A stretch of DNA of 64,000 nucleotides. Source: a virus. Lineage: Duplodnaviria; Caudoviricetes. The position numbers were made by a program, and so were the translations under genes. A model generated the notes under the pieces. It was given only the letters and a program-made list of their open reading frames with translations, did no database searches and was not told where the DNA came from. The stretch covers positions 32,001 to 96,000 of IMG/VR virus record IMGVR_UViG_3300032243_001145; one strand, written 5' to 3'. Positions 32,201 through 39,257 of this stretch are shown here, in pieces (position 1 is the stretch's first letter; each line of letters starts with the position of its first letter).

Positions 32201-33291
32201 CCACCTTCTTTCATTGCTGTAAGATAAAGTGCTAAATCTTTTACATCTCCGCCCAATGCTTTAATTACTGGACCAGCTTTAGGGATCGCTTCTGTTAAAT
32301 CTGCAAGACTTGTTGAAGTTTGGTTTTCAACTGCGTTAAGAAAATCAATTGATTGTGTAAGTTCATCTGTATTCTGTTTAAATGCATTTTGAATAGCAAG
32401 AGTTGCTTTCATTGCATCTGCTCTATCTACTTCACCAAGCACTGCAAGTCTTGTAGTTTGCTGTGTTGCTTGAAGTAATTCATTTCCTTGTTTTCCAGTT
32501 GCCGCCAGGTCAGCTGCTAAAGAAATAGTATCTTTATAAGCAACTCCATATGAGCTAGCAATTTCTCTAGCTGTGGCTGAAACATCTTTTCTAACTTGTG
32601 CTAAATCAGCAGAAGATGTTGCTGCAAGACCACCATAAACTTTTGTTAGTCTTACTAGCTCTGCATCCGCTTCTCTAAAAGCTTTTTGTGCCGCTGCGCC
32701 AAATGCAACAAGCGGAACTGTAAGTCCAACAGTTAATTGACGTCCTGCCCATTGAGTATTTTTACCCCAGTTAATAAGTCCTGTTGCACCATCAAGCATA
32801 ACTTTATTCATGATTGCTGCCTCTTGGCGAGCAAGAGCCATCTTGTTCTTTACTTCATCAAGACCTTTTGCAACCATTACGTTATACTGCATTAAACCTT
32901 GTGCATTTTTACCAACAGGTTGAATTATTGCTTGCTCAAGCATTACTTGTTGCTTAGCAAGATCTTTAATTAATGTGCTTGTTTTTCTTGTATGACCATT
33001 CCAAACGTTATAATATTCGTTAAGTTTTAGTCGGCCTTTATCTAAATTCTTACCAAATTTTTCTACGTCTGAAGATAGTGATACAAAATGTTGTGAAAAT
33101 TGTCCAGTAGAAGTAAGTGTCGTTGCAAACGACTTGTTCATTACTGCAATTTGGTTTGCGAGTTTTGCGTTTGTGCCAGCAGTAGTTTCTTGCAGTTTTA
33201 TGAGTTGGGCAGTAACCGCAGCTAATTGAGCTCTTAAACTCGTGAAGTCTGCGTGGGCGGTAATATTGGTTGTTATTATATTATCTGCCAT
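23206..33291 (-). CDS. Tape measure protein, 3361 aa, with C-terminal metallopeptidase-like and lysozyme-like cargo
   Basis: N-terminal TP901-type TMP core, follows tail chaperones, GPGTGTSDSIPALLSNGEYV motif, HEFGH, QEGG...NPLNTT. Confidence 0.93.
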   Translation of the reverse strand: MADNIITTNITAHADFTSLRAQLAAVTAQLIKLQETTAGTNAKLANQIAVMNKSFATTLTSTGQFSQHFVSLSSDVEKFGKNLDKGRLKLNEYYNVWNGHTRKTSTLIKDLAKQQVMLEQAIIQPVGKNAQGLMQYNVMVAKGLDEVKNKMALARQEAAIMNKVMLDGATGLINWGKNTQWAGRQLTVGLTVPLVAFGAAAQKAFREADAELVRLTKVYGGLAATSSADLAQVRKDVSATAREIASSYGVAYKDTISLAADLAATGKQGNELLQATQQTTRLAVLGEVDRADAMKATLAIQNAFKQNTDELTQSIDFLNAVENQTSTSLADLTEAIPKAGPVIKALGGDVKDLALYLTAMKEGGVNAAEGANAIKSAMASLINPTKVATELFSGFGIDLRGIVTKDAGDLTQTILDLQSALDQLNPLDKSRAIEQLFGKFQFARMSALFENLGKQGSQTLQVMDLMKASASDLASISERELKLMTESASGQFKRALASVQADLASTGEQFLKISTKVLKVVDAIVKFFQHLPGPVKTFLNVLGGLTAIAGPLIMMAGVMGNFIGYVVKGIFHLRQLAKGGQGFKLLTPEIMAADAAAKGLATSFYSDSEATIVLSNAVNTLAESFINLETKANAAKVSVQPAVSTVAGGVIMAGTPGSGRVVDKDHPLVGSPYSRDMSHLIPSGNPQAGTIFGTVPGAKPVNIRVGRNPQAYMNQDLPKIPGLTSIGGVSTGIVASEAAKWHSMTAAISMQSEEELAILKKEVMATGTITASLSDSYQALLPEFSQITELAAQEVQAIVAEVQANKITVEAARAKIISLNATVEAMLAETAAMTATSMGRTANLTTVPLTSQPVVDPVTGKANMKEMFHKGPTREMVDRIARALAGVRTSGAGYNIETTKPRLNKGGIVPGTGNTDTYHTTAEPGSFVINKAATQKHLPLITNILGSKSYYAQEGGQVPVVLTPGEAVIPASFAQKNMPLMYQLNGGVGNTSGSGMHIRGGLLENKKLALQRTHITEDLSGMALLLPRELNLGVNSNGSGLYGSQIANLIRKTLDAGIDPSSLMNEAAVTLGGDFEQAQRRNSVALQELIAKLESPEYAGKMIGGKGNPFGFEQLAKEIFAPALRGIKIDSSKAGGRRNLYSAISQIFTTRAKEVLTKDDAIRRGLISGSISGSSQKGQIVKRRDGRLTWVSENRTIGSRVPAWARGTNLATLLTTSSGVSHALKIIRRNSGGEISGKFAQRLFNGSPTNQFGIGGLLGNVLKGKAMKRIGAGYGPTGEPKPSTFESAPWGVNSLSIKMAETLFASTGLRKYTQKLFYDKFAAALAKEKPYGYVHMADGTLKRGIEPDALDAVIRSAASDMIGDKFVLKQLSPIDKEILKTKYLNWESRKDTPLTETLKKLIFSLEGRAAGGPVNAGQPYIVGEKGPELFVPRNAGGIVPNNYGIGGQIVAGLGISAIANMIASKITNPLLSMIVQQAGYMLPMMLSPSLGGSTKGIIGRGLTKVGLGKTTTPLAFSNKNPGEMTKFGTALAKAESSGTKFGSMISKVGLGLTRFNLISAVVIGGLLFAKNRWDANTESMRLNALGYGMTEEAAKKAGLRFRDFNKSLKESVETAKAVRQQNQLLYQSMTGSGTPLKITIAEFKKLKKTVKTDFADQIKLIDKTSADDQIALAERLKTMFIGMGMSSEEATKKIYAMYTVSKNFSSSASLYTVSSEGFNKIKTSVDAAAAAIKLYNKTVHEGRDGTEQANAFITANSAILTAIEEQQAEALKKRKKDKTKPTFISTADKNVIMLDAEVAAIEKISKAQRYQKTVSQATLKEMEKTNPVLREIADLHDTNISLMQKQRLIAKGFTLDMRGLSAAQTDQVYRFNIAITKSIESVAKNGFLQKQYKHLDGLKQLQEKYTKAMKGQSVAQQISDRDKLSALQKQIDANNKLADARIKALDAAKKEGDIGREIAKAQARYQAALATGNTADAQQASLDMQGLQSDLQYNAQVKAIEDATTLKNAPLLKQIELIQKKQQDVADAAAYASEKFGDVSKKIDDEESAITKLITAMANYRTAIDAHKDDLAKWKTSPEATSMLAAITEAATAIKVNLTPYPVDPATGKPGVDAATGLMSALETSLIKAGLVVNGDLYINSKKVGGAQVATAGAVADPSNLAGKRTGAGTKNNPYEYSNAAGAKITEKQFMSMPYEQPGSLAEFILPLSGMSNREFINLLQAQMLFLQKNNNKPSYVVGDLIFHHNGSVTRDKAVVGRWFSPLPGGGEKVKSYETGGKVVGPGTGTSDSIPALLSNGEYVIKEKAVRKYGIQHFDNLNAQKFADGGIVNNFLSNQVDTTATSTGESMGGPFGLLGRGMQDLGSLGYEMLQSTINSGKYLAGSAFGKTNWMSAEDEDMYQKAILEYQKGNKAGAYGKIMGRAAMSALNLYPKILPWNKIWAQAGMKDLPGMTEALLANIPSSIPDIYSHYFGKKKRKYAEGGLVPNINRLDIYNPYHESVYKNVGGNDTIDQTKDVLSGKFTDSEKKVSEFMHSWVGLLNTYYGAKYQNLFKMNGKPSLLETPIVTDLEVTDPRNWLSMMGGEPGFSWRDINDPVGTMLYVQPTSTQANLPNIILPDKNNQHLKYQPIPGAKKNFDFKTYSEYINKQILTNDESKMSLLSILNHEFGHSMVTRLKESGIFGNDRISSKLFKDKFGKPLKNEGDGKQYYDMLNEINADLLSGQIMSEMFNAGYMNNIVKSESVTKYLKAHYTKAAPDLSKTNTDIDPHTDDSHPQDSNIRFAAYLQGFKNKNTDIGLADYFGVTPGDLFGDTAKAKAMVADLSNFQLKSNKFDENAQTAMPDLLNTDYAKILGLKISGKPSVKNKALEIRTPHDFGVALITALGGTPTENLLGGIQAWAMQEGGHWQNRALYNPLNTTLEMPGSTKVNTVNAQTGTGVQAYTSWDQGLDAVLQTLKFPNHGYEDIISALTNSKSTDLKEFYSAINKSDWGHPKYTFDINNKLHQRMTKYNPDKPFGTDPNNTNEYYSKLPGQDDGMIILPFNPDKNTDKNTDQPGGNNYDTQEDPWDKPTIPNYWPEGEKFYNPKQTVIDHIEYAYPLIPFKEFNSGTLQTATNQIPKQRTRSGISIAASNGVYNMFKWGGKTWAKAMSSGDEIFELEDFPVTSVAGNKVADATVKNVIDRPYGEPFYYYPNGGIGTTAQKLDLPGTNIPTVFEMLQNTIEKFFLTRNGDTGFKNGKMNRRDTKDFMTFNYNAYPDSILQKFSNGGLAIPKFQTGINNVPANMLAMLHKNEAVIPANMNPFNPNANNATMSGGVYNITNNINGYDGDLEQLSSMVTQKTITAIKTLDARTAKMTGPTMTVGIK

Positions 33292-33300
33292 ATATATATA

Positions 33301-33675
33301 TTACTCTATAGAGTATCCTAATCCCGCTCCAATACCAAAGCCAGCTTGCGCTGCAAATGAGCCTTGTAATGAAACAACATCATTTGCTGATGTAGTTATT
33401 CCTAATGCTCTTCTTTGAATATCTTCGAAGGATGATCCCTCCTCTTTTTCATTACTGCTTACATTTAATTCAACGCCCTGAATTGAAGCTAAGAATTTTC
33501 TTTTTTCTTCTTCAGTTTTTTGCATCGATTTAAAAGTCTGGACCATCTCTGGCATTGAAAGACTATCTTCTAGTTCTTCGTAATTTTTCCAATTACCTAG
33601 CAGAAAGACTTCCCCCTCTAAAGCGGCTAGATCTAGTTCTGACCAGCCAGTACTGCTGCCGCTAGTAGGTTTGGG
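33301..33675 (-). CDS. Tail assembly chaperone, C-terminal part reached by -1 frameshift (gpGT-like)
   Basis: -1 frame from CCCAAAC is open: KPTSGSSTGWSELDLAALEGEVFLLGNWKNYEELEDSLSMPEMV..., in frame with ORF 33301..33555. Confidence 0.8.
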   Translation of the reverse strand, partial: PKPTSGSSTGWSELDLAALEGEVFLLGNWKNYEELEDSLSMPEMVQTFKSMQKTEEEKRKFLASIQGVELNVSSNEKEEGSSFEDIQRRALGITTSANDVVSLQGSFAAQAGFGIGAGLGYSIE

Positions 33676-33965
33676 TCGTCCATCTTAATTCCACCGCAGA
33701 CCTCAAGGATTCGGTTGATTGTTGGAACGTCAAGTGTATCTTCAAATGCGTCTTTATCTTTAACTAGTTCTGGAAGTTGCTTTTCTAAAGCTACTGCACA
33801 GGCCTCAATTAAAATTGTTAATGTCTCATCTTCTGAGGTTACTTCTGCTGTTTTCTGAATGACTACCATAAACTTACGAAGCTCTTTAATTGTTAAAGGC
33901 TTAAGCTTAACTATTGCGCCATTTTGTAGTTGAATTTCTTCAACGTCGTATACTGTAGTTGCCAA
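33633..33965 (-). CDS. Tail assembly chaperone (gpG-like)
   Basis: Between major tail and TMP; LKPLTIKELRKF; ends DDPNL at the slippery site. Confidence 0.85.
   Translation of the reverse strand: MATTVYDVEEIQLQNGAIVKLKPLTIKELRKFMVVIQKTAEVTSEDETLTILIEACAVALEKQLPELVKDKDAFEDTLDVPTINRILEVCGGIKMDDPNLLAAAVLAGQN
33669..33675 (-). other. Programmed -1 ribosomal frameshift slippery heptamer C CCA AAC
   Basis: X XXY YYZ pattern in the correct phase near the end of the chaperone ORF. Confidence 0.75.
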
Positions 33966-33994
33966 TTTAATCCTCCTAGGATTTTGTCTTAATT

Positions 33995-34023
33995 ATTGTA
34001 TCATATGCAAAATATAATGGCAA
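33995..34023 (-). promoter_or_regulatory. Promoter for chaperone/TMP genes
   Basis: TTGCCA-N17-TACAAT with TG extension. Confidence 0.7.
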
Positions 34024-34028
34024 TAAGA

Positions 34029-34053
34029 AACCCCCCAATTTCTTGGGGGGCTT
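34029..34053 (-). terminator. Intrinsic terminator after major tail gene
   Basis: CCCCCCAA-GAAA-TTGGGGGG followed by TTTCTTATT. Confidence 0.85.
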
Positions 34054-34073
34054 CTATTAATTAATTAAATTAA

Positions 34074-34856
34074 TTAGTTCCAAGTGCGGTCTACGATAAT
34101 ACCGTATTCCTTATTCTTGTGTGCTGAGTCACCTGATGGTAACAAGCGGAATGTTACTGGGAATGTTGATGCTGCGTTACGAGCCAAAGAGAACTGTGAC
34201 TGTTGTACAGAAAGAACACGACGTCCATAATATACACGCTCTGTTTTAGATGATGCATCTGTTGTTGGAGCCTGTCCAACTGCAATTAGCTGGCGCTCTA
34301 CTGGAGCTTCTCCAAGTGCACCTGCTGCAAGACCAAGTTCTCCTGCTGACTTATTAAGTGTTGCTGAAGACTGACCGAATACAGCAAGAACGTTCTCAAG
34401 AGTACCTTCTGCCATTTCTGTTGCAATCATAACTTCCATTGTCTCCTTGAAAAGCTTTGCTGAGTCAAGAAGCTGATCTACTGTTACTGAACCGTATGAT
34501 GGGTTATAAGTAATTTGAAGACCATTATTTGTGTAACCTACGTTACGGTAAGCTGCACCAAGTGTCTGTGAATCTGGGTCAGCTGCATTTAAAGAATCGA
34601 TGTATGATGATCCTGCTACGTAGCCAGTTACTGGTGAACCACTTCCTGCAGCTCCATTTTTGTATGCTGGTACTAATTTGTTTTGTCCTGCAACTGCAGC
34701 TACTGCTGCGGTTGGAGTTGCTGTATTTGATGATGCTGTTGCTGCTGGAATTAAGTTTGGATTGTATCCTGATGTTGTTGAATCTTCTACTGAAAGAAAT
34801 AGTGGGGATGCGCCAACAAGAATATTTCTAGCATTACCTGCGTTTTGTGTTGCCAT
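34074..34856 (-). CDS. Major tail (tube) protein
   Basis: NILVGA...VGYTNNGLQITY...VDQLLD...FPVTFRLLP; biased codon usage; own promoter and terminator. Start MATQNAG. Confidence 0.88.
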   Translation of the reverse strand: MATQNAGNARNILVGASPLFLSVEDSTTSGYNPNLIPAATASSNTATPTAAVAAVAGQNKLVPAYKNGAAGSGSPVTGYVAGSSYIDSLNAADPDSQTLGAAYRNVGYTNNGLQITYNPSYGSVTVDQLLDSAKLFKETMEVMIATEMAEGTLENVLAVFGQSSATLNKSAGELGLAAGALGEAPVERQLIAVGQAPTTDASSKTERVYYGRRVLSVQQSQFSLARNAASTFPVTFRLLPSGDSAHKNKEYGIIVDRTWN

Positions 34857-34944
34857 GTTGTAAAACCTCCTGTTAAATAAATATATATATATTGACTTAC
34901 TTTTAAATCTAATCAAAGCTGGCTAGGCTTTTTCCTCTTAGCTA

Positions 34945-34973
34945 ATTTTACTGCATAACTAGACTAAACGCAA
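34945..34973 (-). promoter_or_regulatory. Putative late promoter TTGCGT-N17-TAAAAT
   Basis: Both hexamers and the spacing are identical to the site at 40594-40622. Confidence 0.65.
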
Positions 34974-35483
34974 CTACTTGAATCTGCCTGTACCGTCGGT
35001 GGTCCTTGAGTACTTAACCTCTAGGATTACGTCGGTAGACATAAAACCTTTAAGCTCTGCTGAAGGCTCTATGGGTGATGTCTCTACGACATGGATGCTG
35101 TAGAATATTAATTTATTGGTGTCTTTTGACTTATTAGCATCCCTGGCCGACTCGTCCATTCTTCTAAATAGGTCCACCATAAGGTTTCTGATTTCATAAA
35201 TCTCTGTGACATCTGTGGAGTATATGGTAAACAAAACCTTCTCACAGCATATTAGCCAGTTTTCTTCGTAGGACATCCCTATCTTGTCATAGATTATATG
35301 CTTTTTACCGTTTAAGAATTGATCCATTTCTGGAGATTGTTGTACTGGAATTATTGGAATTATTTCTTTTCCAAGATTATCTGAATAGTAATCGTAGGCG
35401 TCAAATATGCCAGTGGTCTTTAGCTGTTTCCATAAAAATTTACGAAGCTCAAACATTGCGTCTATTTTATAATCTACTGTCAT
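34974..35483 (-). CDS. Tail terminator-like protein
   Basis: Directly upstream of major tail; size and position. Confidence 0.6.
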   Translation of the reverse strand: MTVDYKIDAMFELRKFLWKQLKTTGIFDAYDYYSDNLGKEIIPIIPVQQSPEMDQFLNGKKHIIYDKIGMSYEENWLICCEKVLFTIYSTDVTEIYEIRNLMVDLFRRMDESARDANKSKDTNKLIFYSIHVVETSPIEPSAELKGFMSTDVILEVKYSRTTDGTGRFK

Positions 35484-36268
35484 AGTGAGCCTCCAAATGC
35501 TGATTGTAACGATGCGTCCGCCTGTAATCTTATTTTACCAGCACTAAAACTATATTGCACTTTTTTTATATTCATTGGTACATTAAGAGCTTTTGTCATT
35601 TTTGAATTAAATATTCTTTGCAATCCTGATGATTTAATTGATGAATTTACTAGTTGCCCGCCAAAAAATCTTCCATATGATAATGAGAATTGATTTGTTG
35701 CTTGTGCTCCACCAGGCCTCTTAACGGTCACAGAAGTGCCTTTGAGCATAAACACTGTTTCACCATCAAGTTCAAATACAAGTCTCTCAGCTGACCTTGG
35801 GCGGATTACTACGGGCATTCCAGTTTCCATCACAAGAGCTTTGTTTGCAAATATATATTTTTTCTTTTGTTTTTTATTTTTAGACGGTACAGAGGATTTA
35901 GATAATTTAAAGTCATAATTTATTTTAAATGAAAGTCCATCCATGTCTAATCTTGAAAGCTTAAATAGTCTTGCTGTTGGCATGCCTACTTTATTCCATT
36001 CATATATATGATGTAAAGATCTTGGTTTAATTCTTGCTTGAGAATCAATATAATCTCCAAAATCTTTTTCTATTTGATTAAATATTGTTGTTTTAAATAA
36101 ATTTTTAAATTCAGCATTTGTCGTAAGTTTAGATAATACTGCTGCTTCATAATAAAGGAATGCTGATATTTGTGCAACTGTACTATCTCTTAAAATTCCT
36201 GGAGATGAGCCTGCCATCAATCTTTCAAGTCCGCTGGCAGTTTGTATTAAAGCTACGCTAGAATCCAA
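35480..36268 (-). CDS. Neck / tail completion protein
   Basis: Basic protein in the head-tail gene block; probable TTG start. Confidence 0.55.
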   Translation of the reverse strand: MDSSVALIQTASGLERLMAGSSPGILRDSTVAQISAFLYYEAAVLSKLTTNAEFKNLFKTTIFNQIEKDFGDYIDSQARIKPRSLHHIYEWNKVGMPTARLFKLSRLDMDGLSFKINYDFKLSKSSVPSKNKKQKKKYIFANKALVMETGMPVVIRPRSAERLVFELDGETVFMLKGTSVTVKRPGGAQATNQFSLSYGRFFGGQLVNSSIKSSGLQRIFNSKMTKALNVPMNIKKVQYSFSAGKIRLQADASLQSAFGGSL

Positions 36269-36683
36269 TTTCCTGATTTTCCGATCTCTTTGCAACGGAG
36301 TTGTACGCAAGAACATTACCAAATGGATCTGTAATTGGAGTAGATCCTATTATTTCAAATACCGTTGGAGTATTATTTGGATAATTGATTTCTTTCCAAA
36401 TTATATTGCCATTCATATCTCTAATATTAGTAACTTTTTCTCTATAAGTTATTTGTTCTGGTGTTCTAATTTCAAGTTTTTGTTCATTTGAATATTTATT
36501 GGAAAGGACTTGTTTATCTCCACTTCTTGATGAGGCTGAATTAGAAACAATTCCTTTTGCAGAACATTGCACAGTTCTTGTAAATATCCATTCTTTTTTA
36601 ATAGATCCAGTATTTTCATCTTGAGTATCTAATTGAAGATAAATATCAGCTTTCATTGACATTAATGAAGTTGCTAGGCTCAT
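36258..36683 (-). CDS. Head closure (stopper) protein
   Basis: QDENTGSIKKEW; position after the adaptor. Confidence 0.65.
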   Translation of the reverse strand: MSLATSLMSMKADIYLQLDTQDENTGSIKKEWIFTRTVQCSAKGIVSNSASSRSGDKQVLSNKYSNEQKLEIRTPEQITYREKVTNIRDMNGNIIWKEINYPNNTPTVFEIIGSTPITDPFGNVLAYNSVAKRSENQEIGF

Positions 36684-36684
36684 T

Positions 36685-37671
36685 TTAGAACGCTACCATT
36701 CCATTTAATACATATGGAGAAAGAAGTTGATCTGCGTATAAGTTTCCTGTGCCTCTATGAGCATCTTCCATAAATTCAAACTTCCAGTCAAATGTGCTAA
36801 TGTTCTTTATATATTTATCTTTCCAAGCACGATCTTGATCAAAGAACTGTTTAATCAATATTATACAAGCTTCTTCAACGTTATCTGGGACGGAGGACCA
36901 ACCAAATCTTCCAGCAATAGAATATCTATAATCTTTTTTAAATGCGCCAGAATATCCTTGATCATTAATTGTTGGAGGAACAAGGCCGTTAGAAACATAA
37001 ATCATGTCATCCATTAAATCTTGTCTATTAACCCTAATTCCAAAACCAGATTCAGAAATTATTGGATTGTATATCCAATTATGAACATTATTAATATTGT
37101 CAACTAAAAGTACATCATTTTCATATACTTCATGAATTGCATTCATTTTAAATGGCATTGGCAAAATATTTGCACCTGAACCATAAACTATTTGAGTATC
37201 ATCATAAAGATAAAAAACTTGATTGGTATAAATTTCAATAAGTTTTCTGGCATATTTTTCTGCCATCTGTAGCTCATGATAAGACTTGTAATTTGGATCA
37301 GATGGATCAGTTCCAAAATTTAAATCATCAATGATATCTGATATATTAGCGTATGGCGTTACTACATCTGTAAAATATACATGCGAAGCTTGATTACCAT
37401 TTACCTCATATTGCCATTGTACTTTAAATTTTCGATTTCTTCGGCATAAATTAAAAGGCAAAATTATCTGATATGTTCCCATATCAGTTTCTAGCTTTGT
37501 AGCAGTAAATGTTCCAACTGGGACATTTGGGTTAACAGTAGGAGATATAGTGTTATCTTCAGTTATATCATATACTACTGCTGTTACATTGTCATCGGCA
37601 TCTGCTAGTTCCCCGCCCCAAAATATTTTTGTTTTTATGGGCGAAGTTTGATCTTTGTATATTTCTGCCAT
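36685..37671 (-). CDS. Head-to-tail adaptor
   Basis: GRFGWSSVPDNVEEACIIL...TGNLYADQLLSPY. Confidence 0.75.
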   Translation of the reverse strand: MAEIYKDQTSPIKTKIFWGGELADADDNVTAVVYDITEDNTISPTVNPNVPVGTFTATKLETDMGTYQIILPFNLCRRNRKFKVQWQYEVNGNQASHVYFTDVVTPYANISDIIDDLNFGTDPSDPNYKSYHELQMAEKYARKLIEIYTNQVFYLYDDTQIVYGSGANILPMPFKMNAIHEVYENDVLLVDNINNVHNWIYNPIISESGFGIRVNRQDLMDDMIYVSNGLVPPTINDQGYSGAFKKDYRYSIAGRFGWSSVPDNVEEACIILIKQFFDQDRAWKDKYIKNISTFDWKFEFMEDAHRGTGNLYADQLLSPYVLNGMVAF

Positions 37672-37687
37672 TAACTTATGTTAACGT

Positions 37688-38080
37688 TTAGTTATAGAAG
37701 TCTTGAACTTCCTTTGGTGTCGCTAAACGAAAACCCTCCTCTGAATCAAAGATTTTTTGAGCATCTTCTTCTGACATAGCCACAAAAGGATGATCTTTTG
37801 TAAATGTATATCCATGAATATCATATCTCATGTTATCTCTTGTCATACGAACAAGGACTGTATCTTCTGGCTGAGCTTTTGGATCAAATTTAGGAAGAAT
37901 TTCAATTTCTTCTGTGTCTTTTTCAATTGCCTCTACTGTACTTTGGTATACACTCCAAGTAACGCCTTCTTCTGCTAGAGCTGCAATAATGTCTTTTTTA
38001 TTCTTTAGGTTTTCTGTATCTACTGCAAAATCTGTTGCAATTACTTTTAATTCAGCTACCTTTAATGTGTCAAACGACAT
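37688..38080 (-). CDS. Head-associated protein with N-terminal SAP/HeH-like motif
   Basis: LKVAELKVIA...KKDIIAAL; immediately after the capsid gene. Confidence 0.6.
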   Translation of the reverse strand: MSFDTLKVAELKVIATDFAVDTENLKNKKDIIAALAEEGVTWSVYQSTVEAIEKDTEEIEILPKFDPKAQPEDTVLVRMTRDNMRYDIHGYTFTKDHPFVAMSEEDAQKIFDSEEGFRLATPKEVQDFYN

Positions 38081-38110
38081 ATTTTATTTCTCCTTTTTCT
38101 AGGTCCTTTA

Positions 38111-38119
38111 ATTATAGCA
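38111..38119 (-). promoter_or_regulatory. Extended -10 promoter element
   Basis: TGCTATAAT just downstream of the capsid terminator. Confidence 0.6.
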
Positions 38120-38134
38120 TTGTTAAATTTAAAT

Positions 38135-38166
38135 GAAAAGCCCCCAAAATTAATTGGGGGCCTTTC
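38135..38166 (-). terminator. Intrinsic terminator after major capsid gene
   Basis: GCCCCCAA-N6-TTGGGGGC followed by TTTT. Confidence 0.85.
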
Positions 38167-38186
38167 GGTAGTTAATTCTTATTTAA

Positions 38187-39236
38187 TTAAGAAGCAACCT
38201 TAACGTTCTTTACGACTACCCAAGCATCAGCTTGTTCAATCTGTACGCCAACTCTTGTGTACATTGTGTACTCAATTGAGTCTTTACGTGGCCAGAAGAA
38301 ACGGTAAACAGTTACATCACGCTTGATACCAATAACAACGTTATTTGGGAATGTCAAGTGGATATCTCCGTGTGAACCTGATGGGCTTGAATATGTACCT
38401 GTCTGTGTCTCAGGAAGCAATGGAACTTCAACGATTGGAATACCAAATGCGTATGGAGCTACATATCCTGCTGGACCACCAAGAACTGGAACATCACCAC
38501 GGATGATGCCTGAAGCAATATCCTGTGGAGTAACGTTCTGAATGTTCTGTGAGTTAGAGTATAGGTAATCCTGGATCAAGTTTGATCCTGAAAGGAAGCG
38601 AAGGTCTGTACGACGCTGCTTGTACTTACGTGGGAGTGCCTTAAGAGCTGAGTTAAATACAGCACGAGATATATTAGCACCCGCAGCATCGACAACGTGA
38701 CCGCTTGTCTTTGCCTTCTTAATTACACCGTCAAAAGACTTGTATAGTGCATCGCTTGAAAGTGATGTATCTCCGTTTAGGATAACATCTTCAATGTCGT
38801 TACCTGCTTGTGTTGCCATCATTCTGGCAATGTGATCTTCAAGATCAGCACCTTCAATGTTGTCTTCTAGAGACTCTGTTGAAAGTTCCCAATCCATGCG
38901 AAGTTTTTTTGTTGTAAGAGAGATCTTTGAGAAAGTTACACCGCTGTTAGAAGCTGTGTTTTCGCCTTCTGATGCAAGCTTTACAAGCTTTTCACCAATA
39001 GACATACGATCAATCTCTGTTGTGTCAGCTTTCATTCGGACAGTACGTGCAACTTTACCAATTACGGTAGCATCGAACATATAGTCCAAGAATCGTGCTG
39101 ATTGTTCTGGGTTTAGAAGTCCACCATTGCCATTTTCTGAAGCAACGTGTACGCCTGAACCACCAGTTGTTGAGCCGAACCCAGTTGATACTGTTGTACC
39201 AGCTGCTGCGGCCTTTTCTAATAATTCATTACTCAT
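38187..39236 (-). CDS. Major capsid protein (HK97 fold)
   Basis: GGLLNPEQSARF, LSTESLEDNIEG, ILNGD, FDG, FGIPIVEVP; follows protease/scaffold. Confidence 0.92.
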   Translation of the reverse strand: MSNELLEKAAAAGTTVSTGFGSTTGGSGVHVASENGNGGLLNPEQSARFLDYMFDATVIGKVARTVRMKADTTEIDRMSIGEKLVKLASEGENTASNSGVTFSKISLTTKKLRMDWELSTESLEDNIEGADLEDHIARMMATQAGNDIEDVILNGDTSLSSDALYKSFDGVIKKAKTSGHVVDAAGANISRAVFNSALKALPRKYKQRRTDLRFLSGSNLIQDYLYSNSQNIQNVTPQDIASGIIRGDVPVLGGPAGYVAPYAFGIPIVEVPLLPETQTGTYSSPSGSHGDIHLTFPNNVVIGIKRDVTVYRFFWPRKDSIEYTMYTRVGVQIEQADAWVVVKNVKVAS

Positions 39237-39257
39237 TTTTATTTCACCTACCTTATT

